From an uncultured delta proteobacterium (lineage in GTDB: Bacteria; Desulfobacterota; RBG-13-43-22): 64,000 nt of DNA. Below, piece after piece: positions 17,571 to 25,580 of this stretch. The translations under genes and the position numbers were made by a program. How positions within the stretch are numbered: the first letter of the stretch is position 1; each line of letters begins with the position of its first letter. Where the stretch lies: NCBI GenBank assembly GCA_963802945.1, contig CAWDKY010000032.1, forward strand, positions 43,444-107,443. Direction: 5' to 3'. The notes under the pieces were generated by a model that made no database searches, was not told the DNA's origin, and saw only the letters and a list, made by a program, of their open reading frames with translations.

Positions 17571-18966
17571 TTATAGCCGGTCCTCGTATACCTCAATAAC
17601 ATCCCCGGGCACGTCTTTGACGGTGACGCGCGCTCCCTGCTTGCGGAGGGTGTCTTGCAGCAGCTTTCACATCCAGTTTCCTCGGGGTCACATTATGACG
17701 GGCGGCCAGGGCGGCGGCGGTGCCGGCTGCCTGGCCAGTGCACATGCTGGGGGCGCAATACCGGTCTGCGGCAAAGGCGTAGAAATCGGCCGAGATGGTG
17801 GCGCCGGCGGCCAAAAGGTTGTCCGTTTCGTTGGAGACCAGACAGCGATAAGGAATATCGTGGGGCCGCACTACTTCATAGACGTGTTCACCATCAGGAC
17901 CATAGATGTCCGGGCCCATATTGCTGACGGCAATGGAGTCGTCGAAAGCCCTGCCTTCATAAATGTCTTGCTCCGACAGGACATATTCCCCCAATATCCG
18001 GTGGGTATCCCTGAAGATGGGGATGGTGGCCGTCTTTTCCACCGAAGAATGTTCGAACCCAGGGATATTGTCCTTGAGCAGATGAAAGGCGGACCAGACC
18101 TGTTTTCTGAGATCCATTTCCCCGGCCGTTACATCCTCGATCATCCAACCATGATGCCCCACCGCCAGGGGATAGTTGAAGCCTTCAATCATGGCGATTC
18201 CGGGTTTAGGGGTATGGACGATCAAAGTTTCGCGGTAGCCGTGGTATCGTCCGTCAGCCTTGGCCTTTTGAACCATGCTCTTACCACCATACAAGCCGCC
18301 CCATTCTTCCGGGTTTTCTTTTTTAAATCTGTTAAATCTTTCGGCATCCACACCGCTGATATAAAAACGGCAGCCGAAACCCATATGCCGGCCTTTCTTT
18401 GGTCCCCGGCCGTGTCCCTCATCCAGGCAGGGCGTGCCGGATTTCCAGGCGATGTCGGCGTTTCCTGTGGAATCGACGATGACTTTGCCCAGGATAGCGA
18501 ATCTGCCCTGGATGCACTCGATAAAGATGCCTTTGAGGGCATTGTTTTCCTTGATCGCCCCGACGCCGGAGGTATGATACAGCAGCTTCACCTTCGCCTC
18601 GGACATCATATCGTCCAGAACCACTTTGTAGCATTCGCAATCGAAAGTGGTGGAAGTAAAGGCCCGATCCCGGGTTCGTGCAGCGGCATCTCTTAAAATG
18701 CCCCCGTCGGCCCTGAGCCGATTAACCACATCGGTAATAATGCCGCCCTGTATGGCCGGGTCAAGAAGTGAGAAGGTACTGCTCATACTGTGCGTCTGCA
18801 TGCCTCCCAAGGCACCGAACTTTTCAATGAGTATGGTCTGCGCGCCGTTCCGGGCAGAGGCTAGGGCTGCGCCGATCCCGGCCGGTCCGCCGCCGACGAC
18901 AATAACATCCGCTTCAACAAAAACGGGAATATTTTTTTGCGGCTCCATGATGGTCTTCATAGGCAT
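17571..18966 (-). pseudogene. FAD-dependent oxidoreductase (FAD_oxidored/PF12831-like), C-terminus frameshifted as sequenced
   Basis: VVGGGPAGIGAAL dinucleotide motif. It is a paralog of 19029-20567. After LDVK (about 17660) the paralog-like tail LLQDTLRKQGARVTVKDVPGDVIEVYEDRL continues in another frame to the TAA at 17571. The span is 1396 nt, which is not a multiple of 3. Confidence 0.8.
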
Positions 18967-19028
18967 TCTCCTTGGCTGAGGTAATAGGTATAATTGGGTA
19001 TACGATTACACATCTAAGATTGAAACTC

Positions 19029-20567
19029 TTAATACTTTCCTAAATCTTCTTCGGAAATAAGAACTTCTTTGGTTCTTCTGGCCACGATCTTGGCCTGTTG
19101 AATAAATTGATACGGTTCAAGGGCCTCTGGGGGAACCTCTTTCACACTAACGCGGACGCCCTGCTTACGAAGGGCTTCCTGAACCAATTTTGCATCAAGT
19201 TTTTTCGGCGTCACATGATTCTTGACGGCCAGGGCCGCGGCCGTGCCGGCTGCCTGACCGGTACAGATAGAAGGTGTACAGTATCTGATGCCGGCAGCGC
19301 CAAAAGCACCGGCCGAAATGATAGCGCCGGCGGCCATAAGGTTTTCCACTTCTTTAGAAACCAAAGAACGGTAAGGAACGTCGTAGGGCAGGATGTCATA
19401 AGCAAACCGGCCCGACACTTCATAGACGTCAGGCGGCATATTGCTGATGGCTACAGCGTCCTCAAATATTTTGCCTTGGCGCATATCCCCGTAGGTCAGA
19501 ACGTGTTCGCCGATGAGTCTGTGCTGGTTGCCCCATAGGGCGAACTGTGGAAATCGGTCGATGTAGGAGTTCTCAAATCCGCCGACGTTTTCCTTAAGAG
19601 CCTTGTGGATAGCAACAGCCTGCTTCCTCATGTCTATCTCCCCGGCCGTCAGATCTTTGGTACTCCAGCAGGCTTCGCGCGCCGCGTAAAGCAAGGTCAT
19701 GATCCAAATCTTACCGCTTTGATGCATATCCCAGTTCTGGGAAACGATAATTTTATCGACAATAATATATTCTCCCGCTGCTTTTGCCTTGGCGAGGACC
19801 TTTGCTGCGCCGTACATGCCGGACCAGTCGTCCTTGTTGGCTACTCGAAAGGCGTCGAATTTGGTCTGGTCAACGCCTCCGATATAGAATGTGCTCAAAT
19901 AACCACTCTGGCGGCCTTTGTTTTTTCCGGCAGGATAACCTTCATCGCCGCTGCAGGGCGCCCTGGATTTCCATATCATGTCCCCTGTACCCGTCGTGTC
20001 AACAACTACTTTTCCCAAAACCGCCCTCCGGCCTTCCTTGCCTTCAACGATAACGCCTTTAAGCAAGTTTTCTTCCCTGATAGCGGCCACGGCAAAGGAA
20101 TGATATAACAATTTGACGCCTGCTTCGGCCATGAGACCGTCAAGCATATACTTGTAGTACTCCGGGTCAAAACAATAGCCCCAGCGCCCCCACCAGCCGA
20201 CTTCGGTTTCAACCATTCGCTTCGGCAATTTATCGGCGCCCAACGTTGCCATAAAAACGTCCTTCATCGGGGCTCGTGTTTCCGGAGGCAACTGCTCTGC
20301 GGTCAGCATAGCCCCGGCATCTTTGAGACGCCCCAGGAACTCCTGAATGATCCCGGAATGCAGTTCAGGATCGACAAAAGCGAACATTGAGTTTTGTCCC
20401 TGCGTTTGGAGTCCGCCCAAACTGCCAAACCGGTCTATAAGAATTGTCTGGGCGCCGGTTCGCGCCGCGGCTAAAGCTGCCCCTATGCCCGACGGCCCGC
20501 CGCCGACAACAACGACATCAGCTTCATCAAGAACGCTGATCTCTCGTTGCGGTTCAATAATTTTCAT
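19029..20567 (-). CDS. FAD-dependent oxidoreductase (FAD_oxidored/PF12831-like)
   Basis: VVGGGPSGIGAAL motif. ATG 20567 is preceded by AAGGAG. The track start at 20636 lies in the promoter. Confidence 0.85.
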   Translation of the reverse strand: MKIIEPQREISVLDEADVVVVGGGPSGIGAALAAARTGAQTILIDRFGSLGGLQTQGQNSMFAFVDPELHSGIIQEFLGRLKDAGAMLTAEQLPPETRAPMKDVFMATLGADKLPKRMVETEVGWWGRWGYCFDPEYYKYMLDGLMAEAGVKLLYHSFAVAAIREENLLKGVIVEGKEGRRAVLGKVVVDTTGTGDMIWKSRAPCSGDEGYPAGKNKGRQSGYLSTFYIGGVDQTKFDAFRVANKDDWSGMYGAAKVLAKAKAAGEYIIVDKIIVSQNWDMHQSGKIWIMTLLYAAREACWSTKDLTAGEIDMRKQAVAIHKALKENVGGFENSYIDRFPQFALWGNQHRLIGEHVLTYGDMRQGKIFEDAVAISNMPPDVYEVSGRFAYDILPYDVPYRSLVSKEVENLMAAGAIISAGAFGAAGIRYCTPSICTGQAAGTAAALAVKNHVTPKKLDAKLVQEALRKQGVRVSVKEVPPEALEPYQFIQQAKIVARRTKEVLISEEDLGKY

Positions 20568-20582
20568 ACCACACTCCTTTGA

Positions 20583-20636
20583 GAAGAATTTCTGTTTTGA
20601 TGGAAAAACTTTAAACTTAGAAAAAGGCGGGGTCAA
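20583..20636 (-). promoter_or_regulatory. promoter-leader cassette copy: TTGACC-N17-TAAAGT plus TTCCATCAAAACAGAAATTCTTC leader
   Basis: ggtcaa at 20631-20636 and acttta at 20608-20613, with a 17-nt spacer. The leader is homologous to those at 23632, 39150, 39228 and 45861. Confidence 0.55.
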
Positions 20637-20663
20637 GGAGAAAATAGGAAGATGAATCCTAGA

Positions 20664-20726
20664 TTAAATCCTGATCAGAGGCATTCTCATTTTATTTTTG
20701 ACCAAACCCTCAAGAGACGTTACTAT
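20664..20726 (+). promoter_or_regulatory. plus-strand half of the divergent cassette: TTAAATCCTGATCAGAGGCAT block and TTGACC-N17-TACTAT
   Basis: TTGACC at 20698-20703 and TACTAT at 20721-20726. About 60 nt are shared with 23826-23891. Confidence 0.45.
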
Positions 20727-20732
20727 GGAAAC

Positions 20733-21000
20733 CGCAATAGCAAACCATTTGTTCGCTCTGGTCGGGGATATGGGAGGTTATGCCACCAGTCAATCTAAGG
20801 TACCAACAAAACACAGGAATACCACGCCAGTAGTCGCTTCTGACGAGTTCAATACACCAGCAACTAGGGTATGGTTCACTTCAGTTATCGCACGGGTTAT
20901 ACTATATGAGCCAATACTATCACGGCAGAGCCTTGGACATCATTGGAAGGGGTAATGGCCGACTCGCGTCGAAACTTATTTGCTAAAATAAGTATCTTTT
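20733..21000 (+). ncRNA. candidate about 270-nt non-coding transcript (promoter to intrinsic terminator)
   Basis: It starts downstream of the 20698-20726 promoter and ends at the hairpin ACTTATTT-GCTA-AAATAAGT (20974-20993) followed by ATCTTTT. No convincing ORF or ribosome-binding site is present. No RNA family was recognised. Confidence 0.2.
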
Positions 21001-21023
21001 GCCTGAAGCTTGATGTCATAACC

Positions 21024-21479
21024 CTACTTTTTCACCCGCCTGGTAGCTTTCTCTTCAAGAAGCCTTCTGATCTCCCGACGACCAAGCTTCCTCAAGGCTA
21101 CCAGCACCCTTTTCTTCTCGTCCTTCGGCTTAAACTTCCCTATCTCCCACAGGTGCGCAGCCCCAACCGAAACGCCGGCCAGCACAGCTAACTCCTTCTG
21201 GGAAATGCCCAAGTGCCTACGGAGGCTTCGAATCAACCCAGGAGAAAGCCGAGAGGCTTTTACTTCTTCAGGTGATGCTTCCAATATTCTCTCTCTTATC
21301 CCCGATACTTTTTGCTGATGAGCTGTAGATCGCTCGAGCAGTAAAACAATCTTACGAAGTTGGGAGACCTTGTTTTTCAAAAGCCGAATATCTCGAGCCA
21401 GGGGAGCTGACGTCTTATGGATCTCCCTCTTGGTCAAACGTTGAATCTCTGATTTCATAATGGATTCCATCTTGCCCAT
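21024..21479 (-). CDS. coiled-coil plus C-terminal XRE-type helix-turn-helix protein
   Basis: HTH segment LGISQKELAVLAGVSVGAAHLWEIGK and a GAGAGGAGG ribosome-binding site. Size is 151 aa. Confidence 0.75.
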   Translation of the reverse strand: MGKMESIMKSEIQRLTKREIHKTSAPLARDIRLLKNKVSQLRKIVLLLERSTAHQQKVSGIRERILEASPEEVKASRLSPGLIRSLRRHLGISQKELAVLAGVSVGAAHLWEIGKFKPKDEKKRVLVALRKLGRREIRRLLEEKATRRVKK

Positions 21480-21634
21480 GCATTCCTCCTCTCAGACAGT
21501 GCCCGGTTGGTTTACAAGGTTATTTTTGATAGAGATTATGATAGATTTTTAGTTATCAGGAAGTCCCTCTTGGGCTAATAAGCCCATATAAAAGAGATCT
21601 TATTTTCTTAAAGGAGTGGTTTTTCACTGGATAG

Positions 21635-21663
21635 AGTATAGGATAAGAAAAAAACCGGGTCAA
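21635..21663 (-). promoter_or_regulatory. sigma70-like promoter TTGACC-N17-TATACT for the 151-aa HTH gene
   Basis: ggtcaa at 21658-21663 and agtata at 21635-21640, with a 17-nt spacer. Confidence 0.55.
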
Positions 21664-22036
21664 GGAGAAAGACAGGGATAGAGGATATCTCGGTAGAAAA
21701 TGAAAAAGCTTTCCCCAAAAATTAAAAATTACGAAAGAAACCCCCAAATTTCCCCAAACATGGTCTCTCCTGACCGAACTCAGCGAGTACACCTCCTAAT
21801 GGTTGACATTAGCATGTATTTGAATTAGCGATTACGGGTTGAAATAGACAATCCGATTCATTGGACCTTGGAGCGGACTAAAGAATAAATTTCTCAAAGG
21901 GGTCTTCGATCATAGAGAAAATATCTCCACAGAATTTTGGGAATATCGAATACGAAAGGCCTATGAGGGATCTCGGGCAACTGATCTATCTATCAACGTA
22001 TTGGAAAAAGAGTGGCCCCGGAAATTTCCAGCACCT

Positions 22037-23074
22037 TCATGCTTTCAGCTTTTCAACGACATCTCGAAGCTTTTTAAAAAGTTCTCCCTCACGTTCCGCG
22101 CAGGTAAGCATTAACTCGCTGGCCTTATCAAAATTGTCTCCGGACTGGCCTCGCTGTTTGATGATGCGCACAGCGATGACGGCAAAATGACGCCATAAAT
22201 CTCCAATAGAAGTCATTTCCTGCGATAATCGGGCAAGATCATCAGAGCCGCTAAAAAGATCAGAGGCTTCCTGAAGAAAGGCCGCATACATAAAGCGAAA
22301 TCCGGCGCCGCCTGTTCCTATTTCTTCCTGCATACGAATGAGATGAGCCAGTTGCCGGCAGGCTTCATTAAAACCAAACTTGTCCGGACTATCTTTAATC
22401 TTTTTAGCCAAATAACGTATGCCCCGTATGCCAAAAAGGGGCAAAGGAATTCTCAGCATCATGTTGCAGGTATCCTTCATACCCTTGATACAGGCTGTGC
22501 GCAGATCAGGATTAGGCCGGACGGTTTTCAGATAATACATTAAACCACGCGGCTCCAGCGGCCCGCGCGCGAAACGCGCCCTTTCCAGATCTTCCGCCAG
22601 ACAATCTACCGGGTGATCCAATATCGGGTCGCTCAAGCGGAAACCGTTTTCAATCTCATGCAGAACAATCAAGTTGTGTCCGTTAAAATTAAAACGAAAA
22701 CGTTTTGGAAAATAGGAAAGCCAGTAGATGTTGGTCTTCACTGCGACAACCTGTCCGGTTCGAAGTACGCGACGCAGTTCATCCATGCCTTTTTGGGGAT
22801 TGCGAAAACGCTTAAAGACGAATTTTCCCCCCAGTCTTGTGGTAGCTTTGCGGAAGATGGCTCCCGCCTGCGTCCTGTAAGTGCTGAGTGGCATCCCGAC
22901 CCATTTAATAAACGGCAGATGGCCGAAAAAAATGCCGCTCCCAATGCCGAAAGCCATGGGTTCGGAAATATCCACGCCCTCATGACGAAACAGAGCGGAT
23001 GTAACGCCGGATTCGCAATGGGCAGAAAAACGATGGATAAAAGGTTTGCCGTTGATTATGATTTCTGTCGTCAT
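22037..23074 (-). CDS. BtrH_N (C39-like cysteine transferase/peptidase) plus DUF4872 domain protein
   Basis: N-terminal FSAHCESGVTSALFRH (catalytic Cys context) and FNGHNLIVL (His). Size is 345 aa. An AAGGAAGG ribosome-binding site overlaps the stop of the upstream HTH gene. Confidence 0.75.
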   Translation of the reverse strand: MTTEIIINGKPFIHRFSAHCESGVTSALFRHEGVDISEPMAFGIGSGIFFGHLPFIKWVGMPLSTYRTQAGAIFRKATTRLGGKFVFKRFRNPQKGMDELRRVLRTGQVVAVKTNIYWLSYFPKRFRFNFNGHNLIVLHEIENGFRLSDPILDHPVDCLAEDLERARFARGPLEPRGLMYYLKTVRPNPDLRTACIKGMKDTCNMMLRIPLPLFGIRGIRYLAKKIKDSPDKFGFNEACRQLAHLIRMQEEIGTGGAGFRFMYAAFLQEASDLFSGSDDLARLSQEMTSIGDLWRHFAVIAVRIIKQRGQSGDNFDKASELMLTCAEREGELFKKLRDVVEKLKA

Positions 23075-23093
23075 GAATAAATGAGTACCTTCC

Positions 23094-23501
23094 TTATACT
23101 TGATCAGGCACGGTTTTCAACTCTTCCAGAGTAATGGCCAACACTTTTGCGTATTGGACTAAAACCGATAATTTAAGTTTTCTAAAAATATGCGGGCGGA
23201 AATGCCTCTTGACTCTGAATTTGGCTATGCCCGCTGTCTTAGCCAGAATCTTCGGGTTCATCTGACGCCGTTCCATATGGTAAACCAGCGGGCTTTTCAT
23301 GCCCGCGAGTACGGCTTTTCTGGTTTCCTCCAAATTGGCCGCCAATTCATCTACAGCGAGGCCGTTAATTTCTTCTTCTGCCTTCCAGCCGATACTGGGC
23401 ACAATGACATATTTCCCCTCATCATTGACAGCGTAACAGGCACGTTTTTGGTCTTCATAATATTGAGGAACGTCATCCTGTGGAACTTCATTTGTTTTCA
23501 T
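23094..23501 (-). CDS. small protein with C-terminal HTH-like domain, first gene of the BtrH-like operon
   Basis: 135 aa. The C-terminal segment KILAKTAGIAKFRVKRHF....L.VLVQYAKVLAITLEEL resembles an XRE-type HTH. Confidence 0.65.
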   Translation of the reverse strand: MKTNEVPQDDVPQYYEDQKRACYAVNDEGKYVIVPSIGWKAEEEINGLAVDELAANLEETRKAVLAGMKSPLVYHMERRQMNPKILAKTAGIAKFRVKRHFRPHIFRKLKLSVLVQYAKVLAITLEELKTVPDQV

Positions 23502-23631
23502 GGTCGGTTTCTTTCAATAATAGTGACCTTTTCCGTCTAAACGTATTTTTTTATACTAAAATAGATACAACGCAAAGCAAAATTCTGTTACAATAATTAC
23601 TCATTATTTTATTAATAATCTCAATTAATTT

Positions 23632-23686
23632 ATAAGAAGTTGCTTTTTGATGGGAAGAGTATAAGGAAAGAAGAAGACACGGTCAA
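23632..23686 (-). promoter_or_regulatory. promoter-leader cassette: TTGACC-N17-TATACT plus CCCATCAAAAAGCAACTTCTTAT
   Basis: ggtcaa at 23681-23686 and agtata at 23658-23663. The leader at 23632-23657 contains the inverted repeat AAGAAG-TTG-CTTTTT. Confidence 0.6.
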
Positions 23687-23825
23687 GGATAAAAATAGGG
23701 CGGAAGGCAAGGGGACAAGGGGGGACTTTAAAGAAAATGGGACTATACAGGTCTGGACTGTACAGATAAAAGTCGATAATAGGAAAAGGAAATCCGGCTC
23801 CCAATTTCTTACAGATTTTTCCCTT

Positions 23826-23891
23826 TAAATCCTGATCAGAGGCATCCATCCTTATTTTCCTTTTGACGAAAGCCCCGGGAGGCGTTAGTAT
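23826..23891 (+). promoter_or_regulatory. plus-strand half of the divergent cassette driving parA-like gene (TTGACG-N17-TAGTAT)
   Basis: TTGACG at 23863-23868 and TAGTAT at 23886-23891. The upstream block TTAAATCCTGATCAGAGGCAT is shared with 20664-20684. Confidence 0.5.
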
Positions 23892-23957
23892 AAAACAAAT
23901 TCAAAGAACACCTGATCAAAATTCAAAAGGTTTGTTAGCTGTTAGCTGGAGACCAAC

Positions 23958-24710
23958 ATGAAACCCATCATTTTCTCCGTAATGAATCACAAGGGCGGTG
24001 TGGGCAAGACGACGACCGCAGTCAGTCTGGCCGCGGGGTGGGTGGAAAACGGTCGCCGGGTCCTATTGATCGATCATGATCCACAGGGCAGCGCCAGTCT
24101 GTCCCTGGGTATTGCAACCGACGGCCAGGACCTGATGAAGGCCCTGACCGCCTCAACCGCGCTGCCGGTAGCGGAAACCGGACTTCCCGGTTTGTATCTG
24201 GTGCCTTCCGGGCAGGGACTGGTGGAGGCCCGCCAGCGTTTCAGCGGGGCCCTCGGGCTGGAACTACTGCGGAGATGCCTAGAGCGCACGCCCTGGGATT
24301 GGGACCGGGTAATCATCGACTGCCCACCCGGAGAGGAAATCCTGACCCTGGGGGCCCTGCGGACTTCCCGGTATGTCCTTATTCCCGTAGAAGTCCACTA
24401 TCTGGGCCTGAATGGGATAAACCAGATCCATAAAACCATCTCCGCCGTCCAACGGGATAACCCTCTCCTGGAAATCGGGGCGGTCATCCCCTGCCGGTCC
24501 CATCCTCGTAGAATAATCCACAGGGTAATCATGGAGAAATTGGAAACGCTTTTTCCAGGGAAGGTAGCTCCCGGGGTACGGGAATGCGTTTCCCTGGCGG
24601 AAGTCCCGGCCTCCGGGATGTCCATTTTTCAGTATGCCCCCTGGTCCAATGGGGCCGCCGATTACCTGGAAGTGATCCGCTGGCTGGAAGGCCGGTTGAA
24701 AGGCTCTTGA
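23958..24710 (+). CDS. ParA/Soj-family P-loop ATPase (orphan, no parB seen)
   Basis: Deviant Walker A NHKGGVGKTTT and the LLIDHDPQGS motif. Confidence 0.9.
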   Translation: MKPIIFSVMNHKGGVGKTTTAVSLAAGWVENGRRVLLIDHDPQGSASLSLGIATDGQDLMKALTASTALPVAETGLPGLYLVPSGQGLVEARQRFSGALGLELLRRCLERTPWDWDRVIIDCPPGEEILTLGALRTSRYVLIPVEVHYLGLNGINQIHKTISAVQRDNPLLEIGAVIPCRSHPRRIIHRVIMEKLETLFPGKVAPGVRECVSLAEVPASGMSIFQYAPWSNGAADYLEVIRWLEGRLKGS

Positions 24711-25580
24711 CCAGCTTTTCCTCCCAGGTACCGGTAAGCAGAGGATGAGGGAAGGCTGGATCCGCCTGACCGCTATAGTTTTAAGAAAATACATGGACCA
24801 AAAAATTCAAAAGCACCTCCTCTTGGGTGTCAGTTCTCTACTTTATCCTTTTTATGCTTTTATTGATACAAGTTAGAATCAACGTCCTTTATTACGGGAC
24901 TATGCGTGTCTAAACTTCAAAATAGAAGGAGATAAGAGGAACAGAAGAGGCAGACTTTCAAAATTTGGACGAACTACCCCCTCGGTGATTTTCTAATTTT
25001 CAACCAAAAAAATGATACCTACCTATCTTGATAGTTTTGAGCCAAAAAACGGCTCTTAAAAACGATCAAATCCGCACTTTCCCGGCAGGTATCCCATGGT
25101 CAGTTTTAAGGGTAGTTTTAGGAGGGTCAATTGCAACGTTGTGTTGGGGACTTCACCTACTACTACACAGAATCAAAGCGCTAATAATTTATCAATTACC
25201 AATGGAAATATGGATGAAATAGTTAGACTACCTACGGGTTTTGAACTTGAGCTGTCATCACTCCTTTTTTAGCCAAAGCCGTCTCCTTCCTTTGGGCTAA
25301 CTCAGAGCTTATCACATGTTCAGTCGGTCCAACGACCTGGGGTTCACCCCTCGGCTCTGCCGGATGTCAAGTGACTTTTTTAAACTCATATGTTCCAGAA
25401 AGATTAAAAAAATATATGTTCACTGTCATTCCACTAAGTTAAAAGGGTCGTTGGCATTATCAAAATTTTTAAACTCGCAATTCACAACCGTAATGGTCAT
25501 ATCTGCATTATTACTTCTTTGTCCCTTGGCATCCACTACAAATCAAATTATGGGGTTCAAGGTTTGGCCTTTTGCGACCT

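Noticed and set aside
17536-18696. 386-aa plus-strand ORF
   Set aside because: It is entirely antisense to the FAD oxidoreductase gene, which has clear motifs. The composition is Gly/Arg/Ala-rich and low in complexity, it has no ribosome-binding site, and it is typical of shadow ORFs.
20698-20955. 85-aa plus-strand ORF in the non-coding interval
   Set aside because: Its TTG start is the -35 hexamer and its first ATG overlaps the -10 hexamer of the predicted promoter. It has no ribosome-binding site and no family resemblance.
20840-20975. Hammerhead-ribozyme-like CTGACGAG ... CGAAAC pair
   Set aside because: The intervening sequence cannot form stem II and no stem I/III pairing is evident. 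The core-like words are probably chance.
25103-25137. 35-nt sequence resembling a CRISPR repeat (reverse strand GTTGCAATTGACCCTCCTAAAACTACCCTTAAAAC)
   Set aside because: It is a single copy, with no second repeat, spacer periodicity or cas gene in the window.
25451-25480. TTGGCAT that could be a sigma-54 -24 element
   Set aside because: No TTGC -12 element lies at the required spacing.
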